Shown: in pieces, positions 25,999 through 39,399 of the stretch
How the letters are laid out: the number at the start of each line of letters is the position of its first letter
Numbering within the stretch: position 1 is the stretch's first letter
From: Nageia nagi
Taxonomy: Eukaryota > Plantae > Pinophyta
Assembly (NCBI GenBank): GCA_050084985.1
Contig: JBITNC010000001.1
Location: forward strand, 29,946,001-30,010,000
DNA: 64,000 nt
Direction of reading: 5' to 3'
The notes under the pieces: model-generated
What the model saw: the letters and a program-made list of their open reading frames with translations, nothing else
Database searches by the model: none
What the model was told of the DNA's origin: nothing
Program-made: the position numbers and the translations under genes

Positions 25999-27392
25999 TA
26001 TTGATTAATATGTGGTAATATTTCACATGCTCCCATGTATCAAATTCATACGTATAATTCTAATGAATAATTTCTAATAATAGAAATCTATCCCCATAGA
26101 AGGTTGGTTCCTATTGGGATCATATTGGGATTTTAAAAAGTAAAGGTGTAGAAAAAATTTATAGGACTAAAATAAACTTAAAATGCTAGGTTAGTGGGTG
26201 CAAATAAACAAAAACAATATTTGGATTAACATAAGCATCCATTATAGCAAAATTCAAGTTGGTTAGATAGTTTAATTTTATAGACACCAAATAATATATG
26301 ACATTCCAAGTAACAATACTTACAAGCAATTTATAGACACATATTAACTAATGATAATCTCATAGTTCATGAAGTGCAAACAAACATATCACACACCCTT
26401 TTAATAATAATGATAAATAAATCATAGTTAAGAGATCAAGAAGCAAGTTGCATTCTATTATCATTGGCACTAGTACAAAACAAGGGCAATATCTACTATA
26501 TTTGATCCCTTCTCCTTCAATAGAGGTAATACCTATAGTTTTTCTCTAGAAAATATCTTCTAACTAATATCTAACAAACTCTAACAAATAAAAATGTCTA
26601 TAACTAACTAACAAGATATTTACAAAATATCATATTTGATTCTTTGAAAATTTATAACTTATATTCAAATATACAAAGATCTAGGTCATTCTTCTATGTG
26701 TCTTAACACCCTTTAGCTTATCTAGAACATAAAGAACTCAATTTGGAGCTAAAATCATCTTCTTGGAATGAAAATGTATTTTCCTGGGGTTCCAGTAATA
26801 TATGTAGGTATTTGAATTCAGATAGACCCATCAAAACTAGATACAAAATTAAAATGCACTATTCCAAGGTAAGTCTCTAGATATTCTTTGATTTCAATCG
26901 CCAAAACTTGAATCTCAAAATCAAAATACTTTATGTGGTTGATATGACTATAATTCTTCATGAAATATGATTAAAGCAAATGAGTTGTTTAATTTTTTCA
27001 CTATTTTGATAAAATTTGGTCTACTTTGCTCTACCAAATCTTCTCCAAAATTAAATGCTCTACAAAACATTAGAAAATTGCTAAGTATAACATTATCATA
27101 TTTTATCACCATTCTAAAGAACTTTATTCATCTAAATACTATCAAATCTTTGCCAAAATAAAAAATAGAACAAATGCTCAAAAATGATTAAGTACCAACA
27201 CTATCCTATTTTCTTACTATTCTTATGAACTTTGTGCACTCCAATACTTTTGGATCTTTACCAAAATTAAACACTATAAGAAATATCTAAAATTAACCAA
27301 GTGTAAACATTCTAACAAATAGTAAATGATAAAAATAAATCATACCCATACAAAACTCTTCTTATTTCTCCAAAAATATGTATGAATATATA
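25999..27392 (-). repeat. 5' LTR of element A
   Basis: Colinear with 8324-9740. A decayed PBS-like sequence (minus strand ttttgcatgcctaatgtga) lies at ~25966-25984. Confidence 0.9.
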
Positions 27393-27920
27393 ATATCCTT
27401 ACCTCTAAGTATATCTACTATTTCATATAATGATTTGAATGCATAAGTAGTAGTCAATGAAACCATCTCATTGTGGGAGACCTAAAACAAAAAGGTTAAA
27501 ATATCACCTTTTAAATTAATTTTATGTAATCCAATTACAAAATTAATAACTAAATATTTTATGTTCTACAAAATTTAATAATATTTTTTGTTACTCTTAC
27601 AATATATATGCTTAATTTTAAATATATATTATAGTTAATATCATGAGCTGAATGTACAAAAAATAGTAAATGGTCCCATCTAGTTATGTGAGGCTTAAAA
27701 AAAGAGAGATTAAAATCCCACATTTTAAATTAATTTAGTGTAATCCTTTTAAGAAAATAATATCTAAATATTTGATGCTCTACAAAAATTAAAAATATTT
27801 TTTGTTACTCTTGCAAGATATATCCTTAGCTCTAAATATATATCTATTATTTCATCTCATGAGTTGAATGCACAAGCAATAGTCATTAACCCATGTAGTT
27901 GTGGGAGATTTGAAAAAAAA
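27393..27920. repeat. Right part of the ~215-bp tandem array (~2.5 units)
   Basis: Resumes the unit where it was broken at 8323 (agatatat|ccttacc). Confidence 0.85.
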
Positions 27921-27989
27921 TGATAAGCTATGTATAATTATGAGATTACTTAAAATATAACATTTAAATATATTTAAACTAGAGTATAG

Positions 27990-28975
27990 TTTAAAGGGAT
28001 CTAAGAGGATCACTTAAGGGGATCTAAGATGATCGCTTAAGATGATGGTTTAAGGGGATCTAAGAGGATCACCTAAGAGGTTTTAAGAAGATGGATTAAG
28101 GGGACCTAAGAGGACGATTTAAGGGGCCCTAAGAGGATGGGATAAGGGGACCTAAGGATTGTTTAATGGAATTTAAGAATATATCTTAGGTTTCCTTAAG
28201 AGAGTATATTAAGAGGCTCTAAGAGGATGAATTAAGGGAAATCAAGATGATGGTTTAGGAGGCTATAAGAAGATGTCTTAAGAGGAAATAAGAGGATGGA
28301 TTAAGTGGACCTAATATGATGGTTTAAGGGGAAATAATAAGATGAATTAAGGGATCCTAAGAGGATAGTTTAGGGGGCATTACAAAGATGGCTTAAGGGG
28401 CCCTAAGAGGATGTCTTAAGGAAACCTAATAGGATGGTTTGAGGGTTTTAATAATAAGGATTAATAGGAACTAATAGGATTGTTTATGGGGTGATAATAA
28501 CATGTATTAAGGAGCCATAAGAGGATGTATTAAGGATACATAAGAGGATGGTTTAAGATGATATAAAATTATGGCTTAATGGGCCCTAAGAGGATCATTT
28601 ATGGGGTGCTAATAACATGGCTTGAGGGGGCCCTAAGAGGATGACTTAATGGGATCTAAGAGGATGGTTTAAGGGGATATAAGAAGATGGATTAAGGGTA
28701 ACTAAGAATATCATGTAGTATGTGCTAAGAAGATGTCTTAAGGAGACATAAGAGTATGGATTAAGGGGATCTAAGTGTAAGGTTTAAAGGGATCTAATCA
28801 TATTTCTTAATGGGTCCCAAGAGGATAATTTAGGGGGTGCTAATAAAATGGCTTAAGTGTACCTAAGAGGATGTCTTAAGGGGCCCTATGGGGATCATTT
28901 AAAAGGTGATAGTAAGATGGTTTACAGGACCCTACGAGGATGGATTAAGGGGCCCTAAGAGGATGGCTCAAGTGG
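27990..28975. repeat. 23-bp minisatellite (ttaaggggccctaagaggatgg(t/a/c)), ~43 copies, with a 115-bp higher-order period
   Basis: Unit read directly. The variant monomer ggggtgctaataa recurs at ~28375, 28489, 28604, 28719 and 28835. Confidence 0.92.
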
Positions 28976-29063
28976 TAATTTTCGAAATGAAAATAAATCA
29001 ATTTTAAATATATATAATAACTATCAAATAAATATAGAGTATACTATAAATTTACATACATTT

Positions 29064-29962
29064 CTATTCCATTATACCATATACATCCTCTCTTTTTCAT
29101 AATACATCTATAATTATCTCACATTCTTCCATTGAAAGTGTCCATAACTCTTTATTAGTAGGTATTCCATGATATCTAACTATTTTTATATTTATTACCA
29201 TTACCAAATGTGAGTAGTATATAATATTTTTATGTATTTAGTAATCTTCAAATGTAGGCAAACCATTCTTTTTTATAATATATATTCATATCCATGTGCC
29301 AACAACCACCATAGAGCCTATTGCATACTCAAATCCATCATAATCAACTTGAGGATGAGTTAAATTATATTTTATCTCAACATATTAAGCCAACCAATAC
29401 TCATTTTCCTCTTTATTTCCCTCACATGCAATAATAACATATACATGTCTTACAAATAAACTTTAATTCAATAAAGTGTGACATATAAGACTAGTATATG
29501 TACATAAATCTACATTCATTTAAATAAATTCAATTTAAACTAAATTAAATTACCTTACTGTAAAAGGTCTAAAGCATGAGGATAGTCATCTAATGCAAGT
29601 AATTGATTCTTATATTCAATTGTTGATTCTTGTTGATCATGTGCTTATATTTGTGTCAAAGATATTTATTTACATTCCTCAACCCATTGTGTATTTGTAC
29701 ATGCTTCTCGATCACCTATAATACAAAACTAATAAATACATTCATGAACCCTTGTCCATATAGTTCATGTGCTTATGTTTCAACTCATAAATGAATGCCA
29801 TTTTATTGATCCATTGATTATGTCACAATCATGATAAGTCATAATATTCTCTTATTTAACTAACCAAAAAAATCAAAAAATTATAGAATTCTTAATTGAT
29901 CTTGTACATAATTTGGTCTTACACCAATCTACAATCGCATGTGGGTCATTAAAGTTTACTAT
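29064..29962 (-). pseudogene. C-terminal part of a decayed DNA-transposon transposase (Sola2-like), with one ~104-bp intron (~29450-29553)
   Basis: NFNDPHAIVDWCK...YHDCDIINGSIKWHSF...TIWTR...FCIIGDREAC...DYPHALDLLQ*G|HVYVIIACEGNKEENEYWLA...DGFEYAIGSMVVVGTW...YSHLV...KREDVYGIME*. GT donor at 29553; the acceptor is mutated. Confidence 0.7.
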
Positions 29963-31658
29963 TGTAGATACCCAAATCTAGCACCATACATTGCATTTGT
30001 TAAAACCCTCTTTTATCACTAGAATATTTGTTTAATTTAGCATTCTAAAGTGTACTTTGTCAATTTTGATCATATTTAGTGATGCTTAATCAATAAACAT
30101 TTATTTACTTATCATTGTCAATTCATAATTTAGATTTTTCCATATTTGTTGTGTTTTGATTATAGCCTTATATTTGAAAAATGTAAGTAATATTATTGAT
30201 ATTAAACATGTTTTTTATCATATTCAATTAACTTAGAAAATGCAATTAATATTTGTCATGCTAATTGTATTTTCAATCATAATCATGTACTTGAAAATTG
30301 CAATTAAACTTAGTCATGTTTTTTGGATTTTGATCATAGTCATTTGGAAAATGTAATTAATATTTTTCATGTTAATTACATTTTTAATCATAATAATTTA
30401 TGGTGAAAGAGTAATTAAACTTAGTCATGTTTATTGTATTTCAAACCATAGTCTTTTATTTGAAAATTACGAATAATATTAGTTATATTATTTATGATTT
30501 TAATCATAATCATTTATGCCTAAAATATTAATTAACATTAGTCATGTTAATTATATTTAATCATTTATTTTTTTGATCAAAGATGAATTTATTTAATGGA
30601 TTTAATATTTACTTTATTTTATTAATGTTTGTCATACTAATATAGCTAATTTATTTATTTTCAATTTGTAAGAAAATAGTTAGACAAAATTTACACATCA
30701 CCTTGCCATGTCATTGATGATTCATCCAACATGGAAGAAAGAAGATCTAGAACTCCAGTTACAGATTTCCAAATCACTTCTTATATTCCAAATATTCTCA
30801 ATAGAAGAGAATAAAAATAAATGACAATGTTTTCAATTTATCTAAACTCAAATCCATTTTGAATCTAATTAATAATCAATCAATCAAAAACTATTTTTGG
30901 ATTGAAATTCATATATATATTGAATTTAAGTAGTTACATGTAAAAATCTATTTAAAAAAGCTTACATCTCAATTTTTGGTTGGGTAACTTGTGCCAACTT
31001 TGAGCTTTGAATTTGTTAATTCTCAAATTTTAGAGTGATGAATTTGAAGTCTTTCTACATCTAACAATCCTCATCAAGCATTTGAGAGAAGGATTTGGGA
31101 GATCTTGGCCTTAGGGAAAGCTAGGAATCAGTCATTCCAATAATTGTCTCTCCTATCAAACCATAGACATACCCATCACACTTCTCAATCTTCTTTTTAT
31201 GTTTTGTTTCTAGAGTAGGCTTATCTCATCTTATCATCATGATTAACATTCATCCTTTATCTTATGTTCTTTAAAGTTTTGAAATGCTAAGGATCTAAGA
31301 GTTTTAACAAATAAATACTAGCATATTTCTAGAAATGCCTAGGGTCATTATGTTTCCACAATTAGATCATATTGTGAATTTTTTGAATCCATCTCAAGAT
31401 CAAGCCAGTAGAGTAAAGTACCATCATTTAGAATTCATCATAATTAGGAATATTCTACTATTTATTAACATCACCTTGGGCTATTCATGTTATCTTACAT
31501 TTGAGATTGATTTACTTTAAAGGATGACTTGAGAAATCCTCAGTATTTTGATCCAATATTCTATTTTAGTTGGTGCTTATAGGATCTAGTCTAGCCTACA
31601 TTTCAACTAGTATATGATCATATTTGAGTGGTCTTGAAAGGGAGCACTTTTATTTGAA
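29963..31658 (+). repeat. 5' LTR of element B
   Basis: Colinear with 41678-43167 but ~200 bp longer, owing to extra ~60-bp sub-repeats around 30130-30420. Confidence 0.9.
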
Positions 31659-31662
31659 AAAA

Positions 31663-31682
31663 TTCTGTATGCTTGATGGGAC
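31663..31682 (+). promoter_or_regulatory. Decayed primer-binding site of element B
   Basis: ttctgtatgcttgatgggac directly follows the LTR and is consistent with a deaminated TGGCACGCCCGRTGGGAC-type Tat PBS. Confidence 0.6.
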
Positions 31683-31799
31683 TTTTTGATTAACTTTATG
31701 CAGCTCATTTAAATGATTCACAACCTCTATCACTTCATTTTTCTTATGATTCTATCATTGTCTTGATTGAAGATGAGGAATTTGTTGATATTAAAGATG

Positions 31800-33556
31800 A
31801 ACTTGACATTGCTCTTTTCTTGTATGGATCTAAATATGAATAAAGGGGTGGTGCTAGCATTATTTTTATCACACCTTAAGGATAACCTATCCCTTTTTCA
31901 TTTAACTAAAATTCCCATGCACAAATAATATAGTTGAATATAAGGCTCTTGTCCTTGGTCTACAAATTGCAATCAAATTGAACTTCAAGAAAATTAAAAT
32001 TATTAGTGATTTATAATTCATTGTTAATCAAGTCCTTGGTACTTATCAATGCCATAATGAGATTTTAAATAAGTATAAATTTATTTTTGACAAAATCCTT
32101 TTGCAATTTGATAAGTATACCATTGAATCTTCCCCAAGGTCAACCAATAGATTTGCAAACACCATGGATTCATTTGGTTCTCTTATTCCATACCAAGACA
32201 ATCAAGATAAGCTCCCTATTCACATTACCACTTTGCATGATCCCTCTTACATTGTTGGACCCATGATTAATCAAATTAAAGTTGATAATATTAATAATTG
32301 GTATGCACTTGTGAAAACGTTTCTTAAACTTGGAAGTAGCCCTCAAGACATGACCAAAATTGGAAGGAAAAATTTCAAATAAAAATGTGCAAAATACACC
32401 TTATTGGGGGACATAATTTATAAATGTGAATATGAAGGCATTCTTTTAAGATGTATTGAACTTGATGAAATTCTCCTTGCTCTTTCTCAAGCATATTATG
32501 GTACATGTGGTGGTCATTTTATTGTTATGAAAATTACAAAATGTTTGTTAAGGATGGGATAATTTTGGCCAACACTTGAAAAAGGTTGTGTTCAATATGT
32601 TAAAAGGTAAATTAAATGTCAATAATTTTCAACCCTTCAACACATTCCTTCTCAAGACTTACAAAATGTTGCAATCATATGGCCCTTTTCATAATGGGCG
32701 TTAGATCTTATTGGCCAAGTTTATCCTAATTCTTCACAAGGATATTAATTCATTATTACTATAATTGCATATTTTACAAATGAGTACAATCCATACCCTT
32801 GATTGAAGTTAAAGTACTTAAAATTGTGGAATTCATTGAGACAAACATTATTTATAGATTTGAAATCCCTTACAAGGTGATCATAGCTAATGGAATTCCC
32901 TTTAAAAATAAGGATATTAGAGGTTTGTGTGACAAGTATAATATTCAATTAAGTTTCTCAACATCGTATTACCCCTAAGCAAATGGACAAGTAGAAGACT
33001 CAAACAAGATCATTGTTAAATCTCTTCAACATTTGTAGGAGATTCATAAAGAGATTAGCATACCAAACTTTCATATGCATTGTGGGCATACAAAAAAAGC
33101 ATTTGTACACCTACAGAAGCAACACCTTTTTCATTAGTTTATGGTACTGAAGTTATTTTTCCCATTGAACTTGAAATTCCATCATTTCATGTTTCTTTAC
33201 AATAATTCATTGATGATACTACATACAGACAAGATAGACTAGCCCAACTTGATTTACTTGATTAAAAATGTATAAGTTCCCTTCAGCATTTAAGAGTTTA
33301 CCAAGAAGGCATCAAGATACCTTATAAAAAAAGGGTACATTATTATGAATTTGAAGTTGGTGACCTTGTTCTAAAAGAAAATCAACAAATCATAAGTCAA
33401 ATAAGAACAAAAAGAGGAAAATTTGCACATAAGTGGATGGGTCCATACATTGTAATCAACAAATATGGTTCAAAAGCATACAAAATATCAACCTTGGAAG
33501 ATTTTGAAGAAATTGAACTAGTTAATATCATTCATCTTAGACCCTTCTACACCTAG
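31800..33556 (+). pseudogene. aRH followed by integrase of element B
   Basis: LFLYGSK...GGASIIFITP*G...FPCTNNIVEYKALVLGL (aRH); TCGGHF, WPFS*WALDLIG, YYP*ANGQVE, KWMGPY and VNIIHLRPFYT* (integrase). Confidence 0.9.
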
Positions 33557-33972
33557 ACAACACTAGCATCACCAAAATAATCAGAAATGTTTTTCTAAAA
33601 ATAATAATAAAAAAAAAGAAGATGCAAAAAAAGTAAAACATGCCAAAAGCATAGAAACAAGCATAGAAAATACAAAATACAAAAATAGAGTATTGCATTA
33701 CTCATATCTTTTATCACCAATCATAATCCTTCCTTTTTCTTATCTTAACATTATGGAAAGATATCAAGAGCTATAACAAGTATCTCAAGATTCCTTTCAA
33801 TCTATCACTTGTATTATATAATAACTTTATATCATTGTATTTAGAGTTGATACTTAGTGTTTTTACACTTTTTAATGTCATCCTATCTTTTTTGGGTGCA
33901 TGGAAATCACAACTCACTCATCTCCTATCCAAACTTAGTCTAGTTATGTTCCCTTGTATTTTCTTTCTCATC

Positions 33973-33976
<4 letters not shown>

Positions 33977-34025
<49 letters not shown>

Positions 34026-34035
34026 TATATATATA
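33977..34035. repeat. (TA)n microsatellite
   Basis: Long TA run with one interruption. Confidence 0.95.
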
Positions 34036-34326
34036 TTATCAACCATGGCATGAACTATTGGACATCATCTTTTAGCTAGTCCAGTATGGAGCTAGAGCCT
34101 GTCCTATACATTAAAATGAAACTTGATCCTTAACTCTTTTATTTTGCATCATATCATTCTTGTCTTCCTACATCAATGTCCTCCATCATTTATTATTACA
34201 TCCATCATGTTGGTGCCATTGAATGACACTACTTAGCATCAATTTGAAATTTGATAAAAGAGTTCATTCTACATATTAAAATAGAATTTAACCCCAAATC
34301 CTTTATCACTTTTCTTATGTTTACTT

Positions 34327-37300
34327 GATATTTTTTTAGTAATGGGATAATTTTGTATTAATAAAAAAAGCATGAATTTTATAAGGATCTTCACCAACCT
34401 TTACAATAATAATTTTCCAAAAAAGTCTAATATAGCCCTACAACATTATTGTTGCAATCTTTTGGGATTATAAAAGGGATCTAATATCACTAAAAAATAT
34501 CACCTTATATTTAACATCCCTAAAATTTATTAGATAGAACAAATTTAATAAAATAGGCTATATCCATTATGGATATAGAAAACAAGCTCATAAATATCTT
34601 CATGCACATCATTTTATCTTTGAACAAAGAGCATCATACTAAAAACCAAAGTTACTTTCTACTCCATCCAGCAACAACGAGCAACATCTAAAGAATACAT
34701 CCCCCTTCTACTTTGTAGTAATGAATTGTAGATTATCAAAGTTAAATTTGTAGAGGTTAACATATATTTTCTTAAGAATAATTTCCTTGAGGCCAAGACT
34801 TTCCCCTACATCATCATATTTGGTGCTTCTTGTCCCCTTAGTTTTTCCTCTTTTAGCATTTCATTGTAAATTTTGGAGCTAAAAGCTCTTCTAAAGTAGA
34901 TTGGATGTTGTTTCTTAGCTCCTTTTGGTTCATCATAAATTTCTTTTAGATTATGCTCTCCCTCTTACATTTCATTTGTCTATTCTAACTTTTCCTTAAC
35001 CTCAGATCCCTCCTTAGTCTTTGAGAGTTTTTGCAAATCTCTTTTAAGTTTCTTACCTATTTCTCTAATTTTGAATTGTTTTGGTGGAACTTCATCCTTC
35101 AAGTTAATTATTTGTATACCTCTATAGATTGATGCATTCTCCTATGTGAATTTATTGTTGGTTATTTCTCATGAGTCTATTTATGAGGTCATATCCCCCC
35201 TAATATTCTTTGACTTTCTCTTCATCTTCTCACTAGTTTCCTGTGAGTTTAAGCTCAATGGATTCTCCACCTGCATGTCACTCACCATAGGTCTCTTTCC
35301 TTTAAATCTCCAAATTTTGGCATTACTTTAGTTCTCATATGACTAGGTATGGCAAACACATTCCCTAGCTTAGCTATGATCAATCTACTAAGCTTAGTTA
35401 GATTATCCAAAAGCTCTAAATAATCCTTTGAAGAAGAAGACTTACTACTACCTACAGAGGCATAGACTTGTTCTATCTCTTGTACATAATCTATAAGATT
35501 ATTTAGAGAGCCTTCACATGAGATAACAAATTTCCTCATATCCCCCCTATAACACTTCAATTATGCCTCTCCCTCATCTATGGGTCCATGTGAATCCTAA
35601 CCTTGTTCAATAAGATTTTTTTGAAGGTCTAGAATTCCCTTCTCATCTCAAACCTTGGTCCTTGCATGAGAATTTTTTATAATTCCCTTGTGCTCCCTTC
35701 TAATATCCTTAAGTCCTTCCTTACTTGAATTCTCTAATTGCACCACTAGCTTCCTTTTGACTCTATTGCTTCTTCTTAGCTCAACTATAATCTCCCTCTC
35801 ATACAAAAGGTGTGGATTTTTAATTTCTTTATTAAGTGTTCTTTTGAATCAGATCATTTGTTGATCCTTCTTTTTATATGGGAATCTCTTCTTCAATTTG
35901 CTACAATATCCTTACTCCTATTACCTTTAAGGCTATTTATTTCATCTTTCACTCCCCACTTAGTGCTAATTCTCAACAAGGTATCTATTTCCTCTACCTC
36001 TTCTTGAGATTAACTCATCAAAAGATCATCATATTCCTTGGTTGGGATTGATGAACTATGGTTCATGCTTTTAATGTAATCTCTCTATCTAGCATGTGCT
36101 CCAAACCATCAGAAAAAGCTCAATGAAGTTTACATTTTTTTCTTTTGGTATAAGCTCTAGCCCCACCTAATTTACTCCCTAGCTATAGGTCATTAAGAGA
36201 TGGATTGGATAGCTTCTCATCAAATTTAGCTCTTTGCTTAGTATCTATTAATAGTTCCCCCACTTCTATCTTCTTTCTTGGCTCAAAAACTTAAACATAC
36301 ACTAGGACATTCACCCTAGGAAATTTCTTAGGTGAGATAAATTTCCCTCTCATAGACTAGCTTAATTACAACACTATTCAAGGGCACCAAAGCCCTATTC
36401 CTTTTCACTTTGTCAACCACAAGAGACATGAAATTAAAGAATAAAAAAATAGGAAATTTACCTTATTTATCTCTAGCAAAATGAAGTGGTTGAGCATGAA
36501 GAAGTGGGATGCCAATAGAATTTTATATCTCCCCTCAAGAGTCATGTACTTGATCAAAATAGAAGTAAAATCATACCATGGCTTGGGGATAGATTCCCTA
36601 ACCACCCCTATTTGATACTTCTACAATAACTTTATCTTTAACATTTTCTTCATAAATTTATTCTTGGAATCCAATTTATTGAGTTTTACTTCTCTTTGAA
36701 CCTTAATTCCCTCATTTGGAATGAGAATTACTAACACAATTGTCTCTATGCTAAGGATTAAACTCCTACCATTGACTCTATAGAATCCATTCTCCCATGA
36801 GCTAGCCATATTCATCAATAATTGATCATAGTGACCCTTGCATGTATAAATTAATTTATCTAATCCCCCCTAATAAATGATATTTCACACCACCTTATTG
36901 TTCATTATCTCATTAGGAGAGGTCGGCTCCATACTAACTAAATCCCCTCCCTTATTCTTGGCCACATCAAACACCTACAACACTCAACACTTTGTAAGTT
37001 CTTGACTACCTTTAGCTCCATTTTAGCTCTTAATGAATAGTGAGTGTTTTAATAAACCTCAAATCTTGGCTTCTCAATTCCAACACACCATCTATCATAA
37101 TCATAATTTGTTATCATTACATAGTAAATGGCTATCTTTTCAACCTAACCACCTCAACTTCCTCCCCCGTGAGACAGGATGCTGAAGTCAAACTAGCTTG
37201 TGATAGTTAATAATAAACTACATTTTGGGTTGATTAGACTATGTTTGAAAAATAATAAAAAATTCTCAACATGAAATTCCCTTTTTGTTGATTTAGTAGG

Positions 37301-37551
37301 AGAAATAAATTTTGAAACACTACACAAGACTAGGCAACACTTAAAATAGTCCACCTTCATCGTTGATTTAGCCACATCACCACTTGATCAGAGGGACCAT
37401 TTAAAATCACCATAGCTTCTAATCCATCATAAGTATCCTTAATAGAATCATTCAATCCAATAATTGAAATTGCTAAGAAGCCATAGAGGCTTATAAACTA
37501 GAAGTCAATTTTTTAAAGGACACCTACATATATCCCCCATCCTCCACCCTA
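34327..37551 (-). mobile_element. 3.2-kb non-LTR (LINE-type) insertion in element B carrying a non-RT ORF
   Basis: 12-bp TSD ttatgtttactt (34315-34326) / ttatgttcactt (37552-37563). Minus-strand 3' end ...ttaatacaaaattatcccattactaaaaaaatatc is a decayed poly(A). No LTR or TIR. Confidence 0.75.
34760..36960 (-). pseudogene. Decayed ~700-codon ORF of unknown function inside the non-LTR insertion
   Basis: KNKGGDLVSMEPTSPNE...GGLDKLIYTCKGHYDQLLMNMASSWENGFYRVNGRSLILSIETIV...RESIPKPWYDFTSILIKYMTLEGRYKILLASHFFMLNHF, then K/E/S-rich coiled-coil-like sequence (track ORFs 36621-36818, 36405-36605, 35282-35560). Confidence 0.7.
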
Positions 37552-39399
37552 TTATGTTCACTTTGTGTTTTCTTATTTTGTGATATTGTTTGATATTTTT
37601 CATGTTTTTCTATGTCAAATTTTAAGTGATTTTGTCTCACTTTATTAAAATTTGCACTTTGCACCTTTTTGCAATTTGAACTTTTTTCATTTCATTTGAC
37701 CTTCAAAACCTTGCTTAACCATGTTAGTTTCTTCAACAACATATTTTGTTCATTACATAATTCAAAATATCATCACCTTCCATGATTTTCATTGTGCTTT
37801 TGTTATCCCATATATCTTCTTTTTCCTACCTCCCAAAGTGAGCTACTTAACCACTTTGGTCACTTTTTCAACCTATGTTGTTTTGAGTCATTTGATCATT
37901 TTGTCTTGTAAACTTGCATTATTTTATATTATTATGTCTTATTATACCTTATCAAGTCATTTCAACTTGTTTTGTAACCATTTACAAGTCCATTTTGTTT
38001 TAGGACCAAAGGTCATTAATTTTGATACCTTAAAATTTAGCTTTAGATTATTAGTTATAAACCTATCAAACCAAGTTTATTTTTCATTCCATCAATTATT
38101 AGTAGGTATTCAATATATTTTCAATCATCCCACCAAATTTCATAGTCTAATTTTATTTTTTGATATCTTTTTGAAGGTCAAATAGAAGATTACTTGAAAT
38201 GGTGACCTTTCAGTGAGCACTAAAAGTTTTTCACAAAGTCCAAGTTGGCCCCAGTTTTAGCTTTAAAAATAGGTCATATGATCTTCATTTTTTGAGTTGT
38301 ATTTTTTAGCACTTAGATTTATCATTTTTCTATCCTATCATCAAACATTGTTTCCAAACTGTCATGGTCGTTGCTTATTTTTTAATGTCAAATTTGTCAT
38401 TTTTCACTTTTTTAAAAGTGTTAAAATTATCAAATTCTTATTTTGGTTCATTTTAGTTACATGTTTGTGATGTTTTTAAGTCATTATTTTTGGATTTCAT
38501 TATTGTTCACTTAAATTGACTTTTTTAGTGTATAATGATGGTATATTTTTTACATCTTTTTTATGTTTCTTTTTACACCATTTTTTATGTTCATTTGTTA
38601 ACAAATTTGTGCATTTTCACTTATTTGTTCCATTTTTTATCAATAAATCTTACTTTGTCCATTATCATTGTTATTATATGTTCATATTATCTTATTTTTT
38701 ACAATTTAGTCAAACCATTTCATCTTTTAATCTTATTTTTTTTAAAATGCATGTTTTATGTTGTTAACATTCATTAATTACTTATTAATTGTAAGTACCA
38801 TTTATATTTGTCATTTTGTGATCTTTTTTCATTATTACTTTGTTATCTTTTATTATCATCTTGTTATCATTGTCATTTTGTTATCTTTTTATCATTTTCA
38901 TTTTTGATCCTTTTATTCATTATCAGTTTGTTATGTTTTTAACTTGTACCCATTTTCATCTTTTTTTAAGTAATTTTAATCCATTTTTGAATGTGATTAT
39001 CCATACATATTCATTCTTACAAATATGCATAGTACAACATTGGATTTAAACTTATAACATCATAGATTTTCATCATATTATTAAACTAAACGTAGATCAT
39101 AAGCATAAAAATATGCATTGCATACATCAAAACATAGTCTAATCCATCATGAACTAAAACCTAGATCATATACACATCTAAAAATTTTGCATAGGCATTC
39201 ATAAAAAACATACACCTAGATATCCATCCATATAAGCATCAAACATGTATTAAAAATATCAACATAAAACTATACACATGCATCAACAAAATATGCATAT
39301 ATATACATCAAAATAGGCCTCTTGACCATCAAAAATGATACATATAGTAGATATCTTACATTTGCATCATGCATAAACATAGTACATCATAATATCTTA

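Larger units (their letters stand above)
8324..27392 (-). mobile_element. Full-length decayed Ty3/Gypsy Tat-type LTR retrotransposon, element A (gag-PR-aRH-RT-RH-INT + 3' accessory ORF), with nested insertions
   Basis: Two ~1.4-kb direct repeats, an imperfect 5-bp TSD (atatt 8319-8323 / atatc 27393-27397) inside a tandem-repeat unit, and pol motifs on the minus strand. Confidence 0.92.

Noticed and set aside
27990-28975. CRISPR-like or protein-coding repeat
   Set aside because: Units are contiguous with no unique spacers, the 23-bp period is not a multiple of 3 and is full of stops, and the context is eukaryotic.
33835-34053. ORF with (YI)n repeat
   Set aside because: It is a translation of the (TA)n microsatellite.
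37721-39049. Hydrophobic ORFs (154, 83, 80, 69 aa) as env-like or membrane proteins
   Set aside because: They arise from T-rich low-complexity non-coding sequence in the 3' region of element B and show no motifs.
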